A stretch of DNA of 62,546 nucleotides, counting the filler, from Collodictyon triciliatum (lineage: Eukaryota), in assembly GCA_043381765.1 (NCBI GenBank). It is 7 parts of 7 records of this genome, joined end to end, with 100 filler letters (N's around TTAATTAATTAA, not from the genome) between each part and the next. Parts side by side here need not be neighbours in the genome. Positions count along the whole stretch, not along the records: positions 30,013 to 39,913 come from JBHJMP010002858.1; positions 40,014 to 49,911 come from JBHJMP010002859.1; 5 more parts are not named here. One strand, 5' to 3'. Every line of letters begins with the position of its first letter. The first letter of the stretch is position 1. Positions 30,151 through 43,000 of the stretch are shown piece by piece. The position numbers were made by a program, and so were the translations under genes. Below the pieces are notes generated by a model. That model saw nothing but the letters and a program-made list of their open reading frames with translations. It had not been told where the DNA came from and did no database searches.

Positions 30151-30173
30151 CAGCCAAGTAACAAAGTTAACTA

Positions 30174-32023
<1,850 letters not shown>

Positions 32024-33102
32024 AGAGAACTCTATGCGACAGCCGATGTGCATAACCATAATTGTGTAGATTACTTGTTATCCGTGCCGTGCATCGAGAA
32101 TGCAGGAAGGCTTTCTTTTTCAAGAAAATAATCCAAGCGGGTAAAGGGAGAGAGAGCTGTATAGGAGAAAAAGCAAAGCCATATTGATGAAGAAAAAAAA
32201 ATGAGGCAAAGCCTCGTGCTCGCTCTGTAATAAAGCCGATGTCCCTTTTTATCAAAATCTCAGGAGACCTTGGTTGTGTTGGTGATGAGTTGTGATGGGT
32301 GTGGTTGTGCGCTTCGTTGTCTCCGCCTTGTCTGTGGTGGTGATATATTGATAGCCTTTTGTGGATGTTGCTTGTGTGACGAGCTGCCTCTTTCTGCCCT
32401 TACATCTAAAAACAAGATTCAGGCCGCTGTGCCAGAAAAGGATATCATTCCAAACTTTTCAATAAGAATGTCCAGTTCGGGAGCGTATAACAAAACATAT
32501 CCTTCTTAAAGTGAGCCACGCAGAGAATTCATGAATTATTAGTATAAATGGGTTTGAAAGATGAATTTTTTTGTCCCTATATTTCTGTGATTCGTGAATG
32601 TTGTGGAAAAGTGGGTTGTGGAAGACCCAAACCTTCCTGGATATTGCCCATATATAGATTAAATTCCAATACAGGCTGTGTTTTTTTTCTTTAGGAAGCT
32701 TTTTTTCCCCTCTATTGGCCTTTCGCCCAGCAGATTTTGAAGGATTTCTCATTTTGCTTCCGTCTGAATTCTTGTGTGGTGATTGATTCTTTTTTGTGGT
32801 ATTATTTATTTTCATTTTTTCTCGTCCCTTGCATCGTGTTTGCGTTTGGTCATGTGTTCGTTTCAGAAACAAGCTATTGCATTTGAACTCTAGCTGGGAC
32901 GCATTATATAAAGTCTTTTCCTTTTCCTCAGGCGCTTTTTTTTTTATTATTATTTATTTTCCCATTCTTTCCTCCATCACCCATTTTCGCTCTTGCAAGT
33001 CCTTTTTTTTTTCCCCCTCGTTTTTCTTTTTTCGATTCTCCAATTCGGATGTTGGAAAGTGCAAAACAAAACCGCGGCATTGGGTAAAGCAAGTCTGTGT
33101 CG

Positions 33103-34693
33103 ATGAACCCAAATGCGTTTCCGGATATTTTCGTTGGCGATGTCGTCTCGCCACGCTTCATGGCTCGAGTGGCCGGTGCGGCCGAAACGTGGTTGTGTGT
33201 ATGTGGAAAGGAGAACCAGGCGTTTGTGCTGGTGTGTCCATATAAATTCAATATGTAGAAAACATATGGCTCCAAAATGTTGGCAGAGCAGAGCGAATCA
33301 CACCATGCAACAACCATCGCAGAAACAAAAGAAAAATAGGGGCAGAAACAAAATGAATCCCCACCAAGGAATCACAGAAAATACAATCAGAGCATCACCA
33401 CACCAAACACACAAACCTAACCGCATCAGTAGGCCCCGTGACAATCAACACCATGCAATGACACACTGATTCACAAACACATGCAACAAAAAACTAAAAA
33501 CAAAAACTATACAAAAAAAAAACAACCCGTGTTTAGCATCAGCAGCAACGCAGCACAACCCGCTGTGTGAACCGAAGAAAGACTCGCGCACGCAACCCGC
33601 CTCTCCTTACCCTGCCTGCAAGCACAAAGAATGAGCCTCAGACTCCGTCCGCTGTCACCGATTCTGCCGGCATTCCAACCGTCTCCTCCAGAAACACCCA
33701 CCCATCATCTGCTTCCTTCCATCCCACTCCTGAGACTCCCACAGTCCTGCCTGCCGCAGTCTTGCCTGCCACAGCCGTTTGTTTCTGTGCATACACATAT
33801 ACAAATACAAACTCAGACTCTAACAAAACTCGAACCCGAACTCTAACATCCATCTGTATTCCTCATTTCTGCCCTTTTCTAACACAAGCACAAAAATCAG
33901 GGTTATGTTTGCGACTGCTTTGCCATTTTCTCAGATGCCACCATTGCCAGAATCACGGCCACACTCACAGCCACAGCCACAGCCACAACCACACTCACCT
34001 CCTCTGATGACCGTGGCACAAACCGTGCCATTGAATCAGGTCGCAGCCACAGCAAACTCGACTGATAAAACCCCTGCAAAGTCAAAGTCATCCAAAGCTG
34101 GCAAGACGTAAGTGTATCAACACCGCTTTTTTTCTTCTTTTTTTTACTCTGGGCCGGACAATACTTATCTTGTTATTACTTGCTTTCAACCATCTTTTGC
34201 ATTATTTCTCTCCCTCTCCCTATCTTTTTTTTTTCATACTTGGTAGGTAGATTGTTGTTCGATGTATTTGTTATTTTATTGGTAAAAAGATGCGGAAGAT
34301 GATAATAATATTAATAATATTCTACCATTCCAGACGCAAGACAAAGTCGTATACGCCAATCAACGCATACATCGCATTCACGATTGTGCAGCGCGCCAAA
34401 GTGAGGCAGGAAAATACCTATGCAACAAACCAGCAGATTCTCCAGATTCTTGGCGAGATCTGGCGCGGTGTTCCCTCGTCTGAGAAGCAAAAGTAATCTC
34501 CACCACTTTCTCTTGAGCACAAGGGAAATATGCCCATGTTCTCTCGTCTTTAATGCTTGTGTAAATGCAAAGTTGTGCAGTCATGACTCAAATGTGGTCA
34601 GTCTGTATTCATCCACTCTCTTTTGCACACGCCAGGTACACTCGTTTGGCTGAGCAGCTCAACCAGGAGCGCGGCTTCACGGACTACACTTAA
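33103..34693 (+). CDS. Single C-terminal HMG-box protein with Pro/Thr/Gln-rich N-terminus; start uncertain
   Basis: Exons 34333-34493 and 34636-34693 give RKTKSYTPINAYIAFTIVQRAKVRQENTYATNQQILQILGEIWRGVPSSEKQKYTRLAEQL. Confidence 0.8.
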
Positions 34694-35610
34694 AAAAGCC
34701 CCGCCTCAATTCGCCTTCTCTCGCTCCCAAGCAACAAGTCGAATGAAGCAGACGAGAAAGAAAATGAAAAGAAGCAAAAACTCCACAGCCAGTGATGAAC
34801 ATGATTCAATATGTGCCGCCTTCGTATCCAACCTTTCGCCTATCTCCTTAATTCTTCCATGCTAACGAAGCCGTCCTCCCTAACCTATTTTTGTTTTTTG
34901 ATTTGTTTTTCTTTTCTTCCAGCCGACTCAAACCACAACGTTGGTGTGGTCCAGCCGGTCGCTCCTTCAAAATTCAAAATTAAATGGCCTTTTTTTTCTT
35001 CCATCAAATAAAATACACGCAAAACAACCCCAAAACCACTCCCCTTCTAGTATAGTGAAAAATACACTGAAAAATGGCCGTGGGAATTCACGCAAAATAG
35101 TGCTAGGCACTCGCTTTTTTTTTTCCAGCCCCCCTGAATCCCCTAAATCCCTGCATCGCATCACATCGCATCGCATCGCACCCACCCGCAATCCATGCCT
35201 TAAACGCACTGCCCCTGACAGACCCGCCCCACCTTCCCGCCAAGCCTTTCTGGTTGGTTTCTGGCCACCCGACAAGCGCTTCCATTCCACCCGTTTTCCA
35301 ATCCAACAGCTCATACCAACCAGCCTGTTTGCTGAAGCTATTGCTATTTCTGGATTTCAGAGGGCGGAGTGTGCATGAGTGCTGCTCAGATTTTTGGGTT
35401 GTTGGCGCCTCGAATCATTTTATTGCAAGGTGGTTGTGAGTCAAGAGAGAGGGATGGATGAATGGATGGGCTTGTGAAGGACCGCCGTTGGCGTCTTGTC
35501 AGGGCACCATGGGACTTTGAATGCAAGGTCAAGTTGGTGATGGAAAGATGGAGGAGGAGGAAAGAGCAGGAGTCAAAGTGGTGCCAACATCAGTGCCAGG
35601 CAGAACATGT

Positions 35611-36252
35611 CTACTTGGGGCAGCCGACTTGCAAGACAAGATGCGTTGGAGACGAGATGGCTGGGGTTGGGTGTGAGGGATGCTTCGTTGGCAGCTTTGG
35701 AGGAGCCAATTGATCCGCAGCCGGAGCCTTGATGAAGGCAGGCATGAGGTAGGCACTCGAGCCAACAGCCGAAACGGCGGTGGAGGTCACCGGCTTCTTG
35801 GCCTTTGGAGGGATGATGGCAGGAACGGGCGGGTCTGCCTTTTGAGCGGATGCAAGAAGCCGTGCCTCCAGTTCCTGCACAGAGATGGGTTGTTGGGGAC
35901 GCGGGCGAGTGGTTGGGTTTGAGCTTGAAGTTGAGTTTGCAATCATGTCTGGGGTTGAGGTTGAGATTGAGATTGGCATGGCCGTGTGCGAGGAGACGGA
36001 GGAGACAGAGGAAGCATCGGAGATTGGAGATGAAGCAGCCTGTTCGGAGTCGCGTGTGGGTGTGCTGCTGCGTGATGGGGTTTGTGTGCCGGATGATGAG
36101 GGTGTTGGGGAGTTGCAGGTGGCGTTGACGGGCGAATGTGCGCTTTGGAGCGGAGTCTCGGTAAAGATGGTCTTTTGTGCGACAGGTGCGGGAGACGAGA
36201 CGCGGGCGTGTGTGTTGCGGGCCAGTTGTTGCGGAGTCAGAAGGAAGTTCAT
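35611..36252 (-). CDS. Intronless S/T/P-rich protein with possible PNRC/Edc1-type motif
   Basis: 213-aa ORF, ACC-ATG start context, higher GC than flanks; contains AYLMPAFIKAPAADQLAPP. Confidence 0.6.
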   Translation of the reverse strand: MNFLLTPQQLARNTHARVSSPAPVAQKTIFTETPLQSAHSPVNATCNSPTPSSSGTQTPSRSSTPTRDSEQAASSPISDASSVSSVSSHTAMPISISTSTPDMIANSTSSSNPTTRPRPQQPISVQELEARLLASAQKADPPVPAIIPPKAKKPVTSTAVSAVGSSAYLMPAFIKAPAADQLAPPKLPTKHPSHPTPAISSPTHLVLQVGCPK

Positions 36253-38236
36253 GGTGTTTGCTTGCTTGGGTTGTGTGGTGTGGTGGATTGTACAGGGGAT
36301 TTGTGAATTCTTTTCTTCTCTAACTTTCTACAGGTGAATCTGTGTGTGGGATAGAGGAGAAGAGATTCATATAATTTCTTTTGCTTCGATTGACAGGGAG
36401 CTATGTTAAGATAAGCGACTAAGCTGTTCTCTTTGTCTTTCATAGCCATCCTCTACGAGTCAAATGTAGGAGACATAGCTGAGTCATCATTCGTTTTCTC
36501 TTTTTCTTTTTTCTTTTTGAAGGTATATGAATACCTTGCTATTAGATTGATAATAGAATGTGAAGAATGATCGGTGGAAGAGGTGGATGCTTGTGTATAC
36601 AAGGGTAGTCTCTGTTGGGTGAAAAGAAAACGTCTGTGATGGGGCGAGCGTGTTAGTGGTGACCAGTTGATTATATAGGAGGCTTTCATAAATAGCCCTG
36701 GAATGAAGAGCCGAGTAGATCATATTTTTTTAAGAACAAACTGGGAGTTTTTGAATATTGGTTTTTATTTTGAAAAAATTATTCTGAGAATGAACAGGAA
36801 ATGGTTGGGATAATAATTGAGAGTAAAACAAGCTGATCGAATATTCCGTACACTTACCAGTAATTCCAAAGCGAAGGGTGAATGAATCAGGGTGGGGTTG
36901 CGGGATACTACTTGTTGTTTGTTCGGACACGAGGGTTTCAGGTTGATGATTTTGCGATGCCCGGTATTGTCGTGTTATGTCGAAAAATGGGCCTGATTGC
37001 GGGACTGTGGCTGCTTCTACAGAAAAAAAATGATAGGGCTAGCCTAGAGTTTGGGCCAAGCCGGATATTGATACAAGGTAAGTTGAAGAGAACAAAAAAG
37101 AGTGTGTCTGGAAAATGACTTTTTTTTTTTCACAGGGTATAAAGAAACGGGAAGTAAGGATTCGGGGCTTTCAAATACACGAAAATCACATGGTTTGGGC
37201 GATGTTGGGCGCTTTCAAAAAGTTGATACTACGACTGTTTTGACGATTGTCGAGTCAGCAGCGAATGGATCGAAAAAGAAAAAAAAGCGTTTACGCAAAA
37301 GTAAAAGGAAAAGAGAGTTGCGATGGACATTGGGGTCGCCATTACTGAAAATGCCGCGGTTTATTCTGGCAGATTATTGTCTCCCGTGCTTATGTCTTAC
37401 CGCCTTTCAGCTGCGATCATGTCCTCATTCTGCTTCTTGGCCTTCTGCTGTGAAACGCAGTCTCTGCCGGCGTGATTCAAATGCGAGCAGATCGGTTGGG
37501 AATAAGGGAGCGAGATCGTTTGTGTCGTGTCCTTTTGCGGGTTGAGTCTTGAGTCCAAGGTCTGTATATTTTCACTTGTTTTGTAGATATTCCAGGAAAG
37601 CGGGTTGTCAACAAAATGGATATGTGGAATAAGCACCCATAACAAGATCTGTGTGAAAACTGGAGAATACGTAGAATTTGACCATTTTCGCAGATTATCA
37701 ATGAAATGTTCAGTACTATGATGCGCTAATCTCCGGTATGATTGGTACATATATTACGAGCATATAGACAGCAAGTAGCACATAAGAAGCGCTCGTAGCA
37801 ATGTTAGCCAATAAATGAGTTTGCTTTTTGTTTGTTCGCTTTGTTTGGGCTTTGTTTCTGGTAGCAGAGGAACTCGACAGCAGGGGAAAACTTTCCTTGA
37901 ATTTTTCTTTGATGGATTGCGTGGCATTTTCTAAATCGGCTTGAGATTCGTTGCAAGTGTCTTTGCTTTGAGATTGTTTTGTAACAGACCTGGCCGAGAC
38001 AAGACAAGAGAGACAGGACAAGACAGGAGAAGTTGGTTGGATGAGATGGCGAGAGAAGATGATGCGAGGAGGATGGTCGGGTTTATTTCTCTGGGGCAGC
38101 AAGATGAGCTCTGCGATGCGTCAGTAATGAGATGGATGGGATGATGGTATGAAGAACTATGCTACTATTATGCTTTGTGTCTGGATATTCGAAAAGAAAA
38201 GAAAAGAAAGCAAAGTGAAGAGAAAAAAAGAGACGG

Positions 38237-38728
38237 CTACAGATGAGCGTTTGTGGCAGATGCGCTTGTGTTGGAGAGGGTGAGCAGCCAGTGGGCCGCA
38301 TTTGTGGCAGGATTTGTGGCAGCGTCTGTGGCAGAGGCAGGAGGACACGCGTCATTGTCATCGTCATTGTCATCGTCTGAGGGCAAGGGTGGGGCGAGGA
38401 CAACGTCAAGATAATTGAATGGGCGAGGAATGTACTCGGACGCAGAGGCGGAGAAGTCTGCGCGAGCCAGAGGCGAGGGCGCAACAGGCGAGGGGAAAGG
38501 GAGTGTGGCAGAGAAGGGGGCAGAGAGTGCAGTCGATGCTCGATGCAGCTTGGACTTGAGATGCTCGGTGCGGGCCTGCTCCGAATAGCCGCGCCAGGTT
38601 GGGCATGTTTGGCATCGGAAGGTGATGCGGTGGCGCTGCGGGTTGCGTTTGCAGACGTTCAGATGCAATCGGCGGTTGCGCTTGGAAGACAGCTCCTTTG
38701 TGCAGTGTGGGCACATGACTTTGTCCAT
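38237..38728 (-). CDS. Intronless two-zinc-finger protein (C2HC + C2H2) with low-complexity tail
   Basis: CPHC-x12-H-x3-C and CQTC-x13-H-x5-H (EHLKSKLH, U1/matrin-like). Confidence 0.8.
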   Translation of the reverse strand: MDKVMCPHCTKELSSKRNRRLHLNVCKRNPQRHRITFRCQTCPTWRGYSEQARTEHLKSKLHRASTALSAPFSATLPFPSPVAPSPLARADFSASASEYIPRPFNYLDVVLAPPLPSDDDNDDDNDACPPASATDAATNPATNAAHWLLTLSNTSASATNAHL

Positions 38729-40099
38729 GCTGCTTGGCGCCTCGCGTTTCTTTTTGTCGGGCTGTAATGTTTGGTTTTAATTGGGTCAGTCTACTTATTT
38801 TTATTTTTTTTTTGTTTTTGCAAGAATGATCGTCCTCCTCAATCTCAGCCCCTGGCCTCGCGCTCAGACTAATCGATCAGCCTCTTGTGTAGGACGAGAA
38901 TGAGGACACAAGCGCGGTTGTGTTGCGCTTCCCTGTTTGCACTGGTGTGTGGGCTTTGAAATGCTTGGGGACTGGTGGCGTTGGACTTTATACGGCGGTG
39001 CGAAGCATGTTGTCTTAACCCTCTTTTGTTGCCAAACATTTTGATTTTGTGCTTGTGCCGGGAAACGGTCGAGACCCGAATAATTATGTTTTTGTGTGCG
39101 CGAGTAAAAACCCTTTAGCTATGTGAGCTTTTCTGTGTATTTCTGAGCGGGGGTGGAAATGGGAATTGAAGTGTTCCGTTCAAAAAGGTGTTTTTTTCTT
39201 TATGCCATTTGGTTTATTGGTATTTATATGCTGAGTTTTCATATTGATTTTTTTGTGTGTGTTCATCAGGGAATTGTTCGTTTTTTTTTTCGATTCGCAC
39301 AAAGAGAATATTTTCGGAAGCGAATCCTATTTGTTTTGCAAAGAAATTAAATGCAAAAAAAAAAAAGAATCAAATCAGAGGAATTTAAAATTGCTAGAAT
39401 TCACTTTCAAAAAAATCTGCAACCTGTTTTTTTTTTTTTGCGGATTCAAATTTAACAAAAGCAAAAAACAAAAGATTGGCGGTTTTTCTTGCGATTATTA
39501 CAAAATCAACGTACTTTCACAGTAAATTTGGTGCAAGCACAAAACATTTTCCAAATTTGCTTGCTCGTCTCAAACCGGATTCGGATGTGTCAGAACAAAT
39601 GCGAATTATATTCCACTTGCGGATACAGATCACCGATTTCGCTTGTGGTCGATTTTTCCCTTTTGGTATGTGGCCAAAGTTATGAGCAGTACTAGTGTGG
39701 AACCTCTGTATCAGAGGGTACAGCGAGTGATTGACCCGCCTTTGAATCTGCCCCGGTCATACTTCAACCCGACTTGCCCTTGGACATTGCTACATCCCAT
39801 TCTTGTGCTTCATCTCCTCACCTTTCTTACAAATACAAAATCACCCATTTCTCTGTTATCTGCTGTGATGCATTTTGTCATCGCTGACCAATCCATGTGC
39901 CTCTCACTTCTCTNNNNNNNNNNNNNNNNNNNNNNNNNNNNNNNNNNNNNNNNNNNNTTAATTAATTAANNNNNNNNNNNNNNNNNNNNNNNNNNNNNNN
40001 NNNNNNNNNNNNNCGAGCAGCTCATTCTCGCAGCTTTGCTCTCTCCTCAGAAATGAAACCGACCCAACTTCCCCTTGATGACATGACTTATTGGAATAG

Positions 40100-43000
40100 C
40101 CTATCACTCTCTATTATCCGTCGTCGCCGATGCTCTATTCGACGCTTTCCCACATCCTACTCAACTACGGAGTTCAGACCCAACTATCCCTATCGCCTGT
40201 GGCTAATGCTGTGGAGTCTACCTATGACGTAATTACACAACCCCAATATATTCCATTTCAATATTAGCTATTCACAATGCGCAAATAAAATTTAACCTTT
40301 CGATCGTGGATGATGTCGTTTTAAGTAAAGTAAAATAAGAAATAATATGCACATGCTTCATTAACGCCTCTTAAATTCCCAAGGTTCTGTTGGCTGTTGC
40401 TGCCAAACAATACTCTCTTGGAATCTCAGATTTCGCGACAACCCTTCGCAGTGAGTGGGGCCAACGCGCGAGACTAATCACAAAATCACAAACGTGAGTT
40501 TCTCGAGATTGAAATGATCATGGGGAATGAGATGTGCTATTATCGAATATTTTTTTTATATCCAACGTATACGCCCTACGATTTGCACGATTGAATGCCC
40601 CATATTGAGTTTGATAATATTTCAACATGGATTCACCAGGGCTGTGTCCGTTTCGGCACAGACCTTGAATAATGCGGTGAATGCTGGTCCAACAACTTTA
40701 ATCAACTTCATCGATATATCAAATTCTGACGCAGGTATGGTTCTTTTAAAAAAAAAACCTTATGATTTGATTGCAATGACCAAAATAAATACATTTGTTC
40801 TTAAAAGCAATCTTAATGGTTGCGTACTGTCACCCACTCACAAAAACCTACTTTATAATACCGAAAGGGTCCTCCTGGCCATGGGCATACTACTCCTGTA
40901 TCACAATCGATACATCTGCGCAAGGTTATTGTTCGTACCGTGGTCAACTTATCTCATTCATGGATTGGGCCCTTTCAAACCCGCAAGCCACTTCCAGTGC
41001 GCTGACCTATGGTTTCTCTCCCCTGAGTTTTAATTTGCAAGTAAACGCGCCTCTTATTTTTCTTCCTCTCGTAATTAGCATCATGTGCGTTTGTGAGAAC
41101 TGGCTTTAAACAAAGGAAAATTTCACACTCAACAAAATAGTGGAGCCTTTATTCAATTTCTCGTTCGTATAGAGTAACGTACTCATCGCGATAGAATCTT
41201 TCTTGTGTGACGGGAAGCCTGTTGTCACCGATCAGGCTGTCACTATCCAGGGAAGCGGTATCTTTTTCATGTTTATATGTTTCCTCCACTTATTACTAAT
41301 TGCCTTATCGAAAATGAAATGAGCTCGTGGGTGTCTCATTGCAAGAAGCTTCCTTTCCTGAATCAAACTCAGGTTACGCATCATTTATAAACTCGTAGGG
41401 GCCACTTTCCCCGCAACTTTCTACACTGAAGCGTGCAACTTATATCGCTTTGTGAATCCCAATTATATATTCTACTCTGTAAGTCCAGTACTTTGGCAAA
41501 TAGTTGATATGTTTCTAAAACATTCACAATATTTTTTATGAATTGTATGGAATAGTTTATATTTATCATATACCGAAACAACATTAGCCTGTTGGTTCTG
41601 GTCAAGGAATCAAGGATATCACGGCTTCGATTGCCGATTTTGCCGGAACCGATGCCCCGCTCACACCTGCTGAAGAAGAAAAAGGAAAGGTATTTAGAAG
41701 TCTACAGATTTTTTTTTTTTTTTTGCGAATATACCTCTCTTTGGGTTTCGCACGCACTTCATAAGTGCTCTCATTTTCTAGGTATTAAGAGAATATAATT
41801 ATCCTTTGATAGGATTTATCCACATTCCCAATCGTTGCTGGGGCAATTGTTATGGTCTACAACATACCAGGGGTATCAAACAATCCTGGTCTCCCTCGGC
41901 TGATTATTAGTCGTGAAGTTCTCGCCAATATATATTTAGGAGTCGTTGACACCTGGAACCACGCTGAAATAGTCAATTTGAATCCATCTCTACAGGGACT
42001 TTTACCTGACAAAAAAATTATTGTTGCTCAGAGACTAGATTCGAGTGGGACAACTTACATATTTTCTACGGCACTGAGCAGTTTCAGTTCGGCATTTGCA
42101 ACGTTTGTCTTTCAATCGAACCTAATTTCTGTTTGATATTAAATCTCACTGCTCACAACAGCAACCAAAATGGAAACCCCCCTCTCTTTTTTTTTAATTG
42201 TGCATAATATCTTTTGTTTTCGATAGTGCCGTTGGACCTAACAAAGTAATGAACCTTCCGATCGAGGCTACTCGTGTTCGAAAGGGAAGTGGCAATGCCG
42301 GTGTTCTTGCTGCTGTGGCTAGCAATGATTTCTGTATTGGTTATGTCGTACTCGGAGATGCGATGGGGAGTGCAATGGGAGGTGCTCTTCCCTACGCCGA
42401 ATTAATTAACAAGTCAGTAAAATAAAAGAATGTCAAATAATTTACAAATTATTTTGCTCTTATTATCAATCCTTATTACAAATAAGTAGACCTTTTCATC
42501 TTTAGATGTCATGTGTTTCAATCAAAGAATATGGACAGACATAACTACGAAATTAACTATTGTAATCGCAACATTCCCAGCATCAAATTTAAATTCTTTG
42601 TTGTGTGATTAAAAGGGCCGGAGCTACTGTGAGTGCCACACAGAGAACAATCCAAGCCGCGATTGACGCTTTTCCTGACGCTCCGTTGGTTAGTTATGCC
42701 ATCAAATAAAACACCTGCCTCTGTGACCTTTGCCCTATCAGTACTGATTGAGATACAATATTAAACTTTCTAGGTTTATGACATTGTGGATGCTCCTGGA
42801 GAATTTAGTTACCCAATCACAGGATTTACCTACGTCCTGATGCGAAATTCAACTGGTTCTTGCAATAAAATAAGACCAATATTGGACTTTTTGTTATGGT
42901 AACATTTAATGTTGGAAAGCGATTATATTCTATTTAAATTCGCATCATGCAAGTGTTTCTACAGTCAAAAAAAAATTCTAGTTTAAACGTGTGTGTTGAA

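Noticed and set aside
37397-38102. Overlapping minus-strand ORFs of 117-128 aa
   Set aside because: No recognisable motifs or consistent splice chain; probably UTR or intergenic.
41258-41398. Apparent non-canonical or U12-like intron (GTATCTTT) in the PstS GSGATFP motif
   Set aside because: A standard TAG acceptor at ~41398 restores GS-GATFP, and no U12 branch site is evident.
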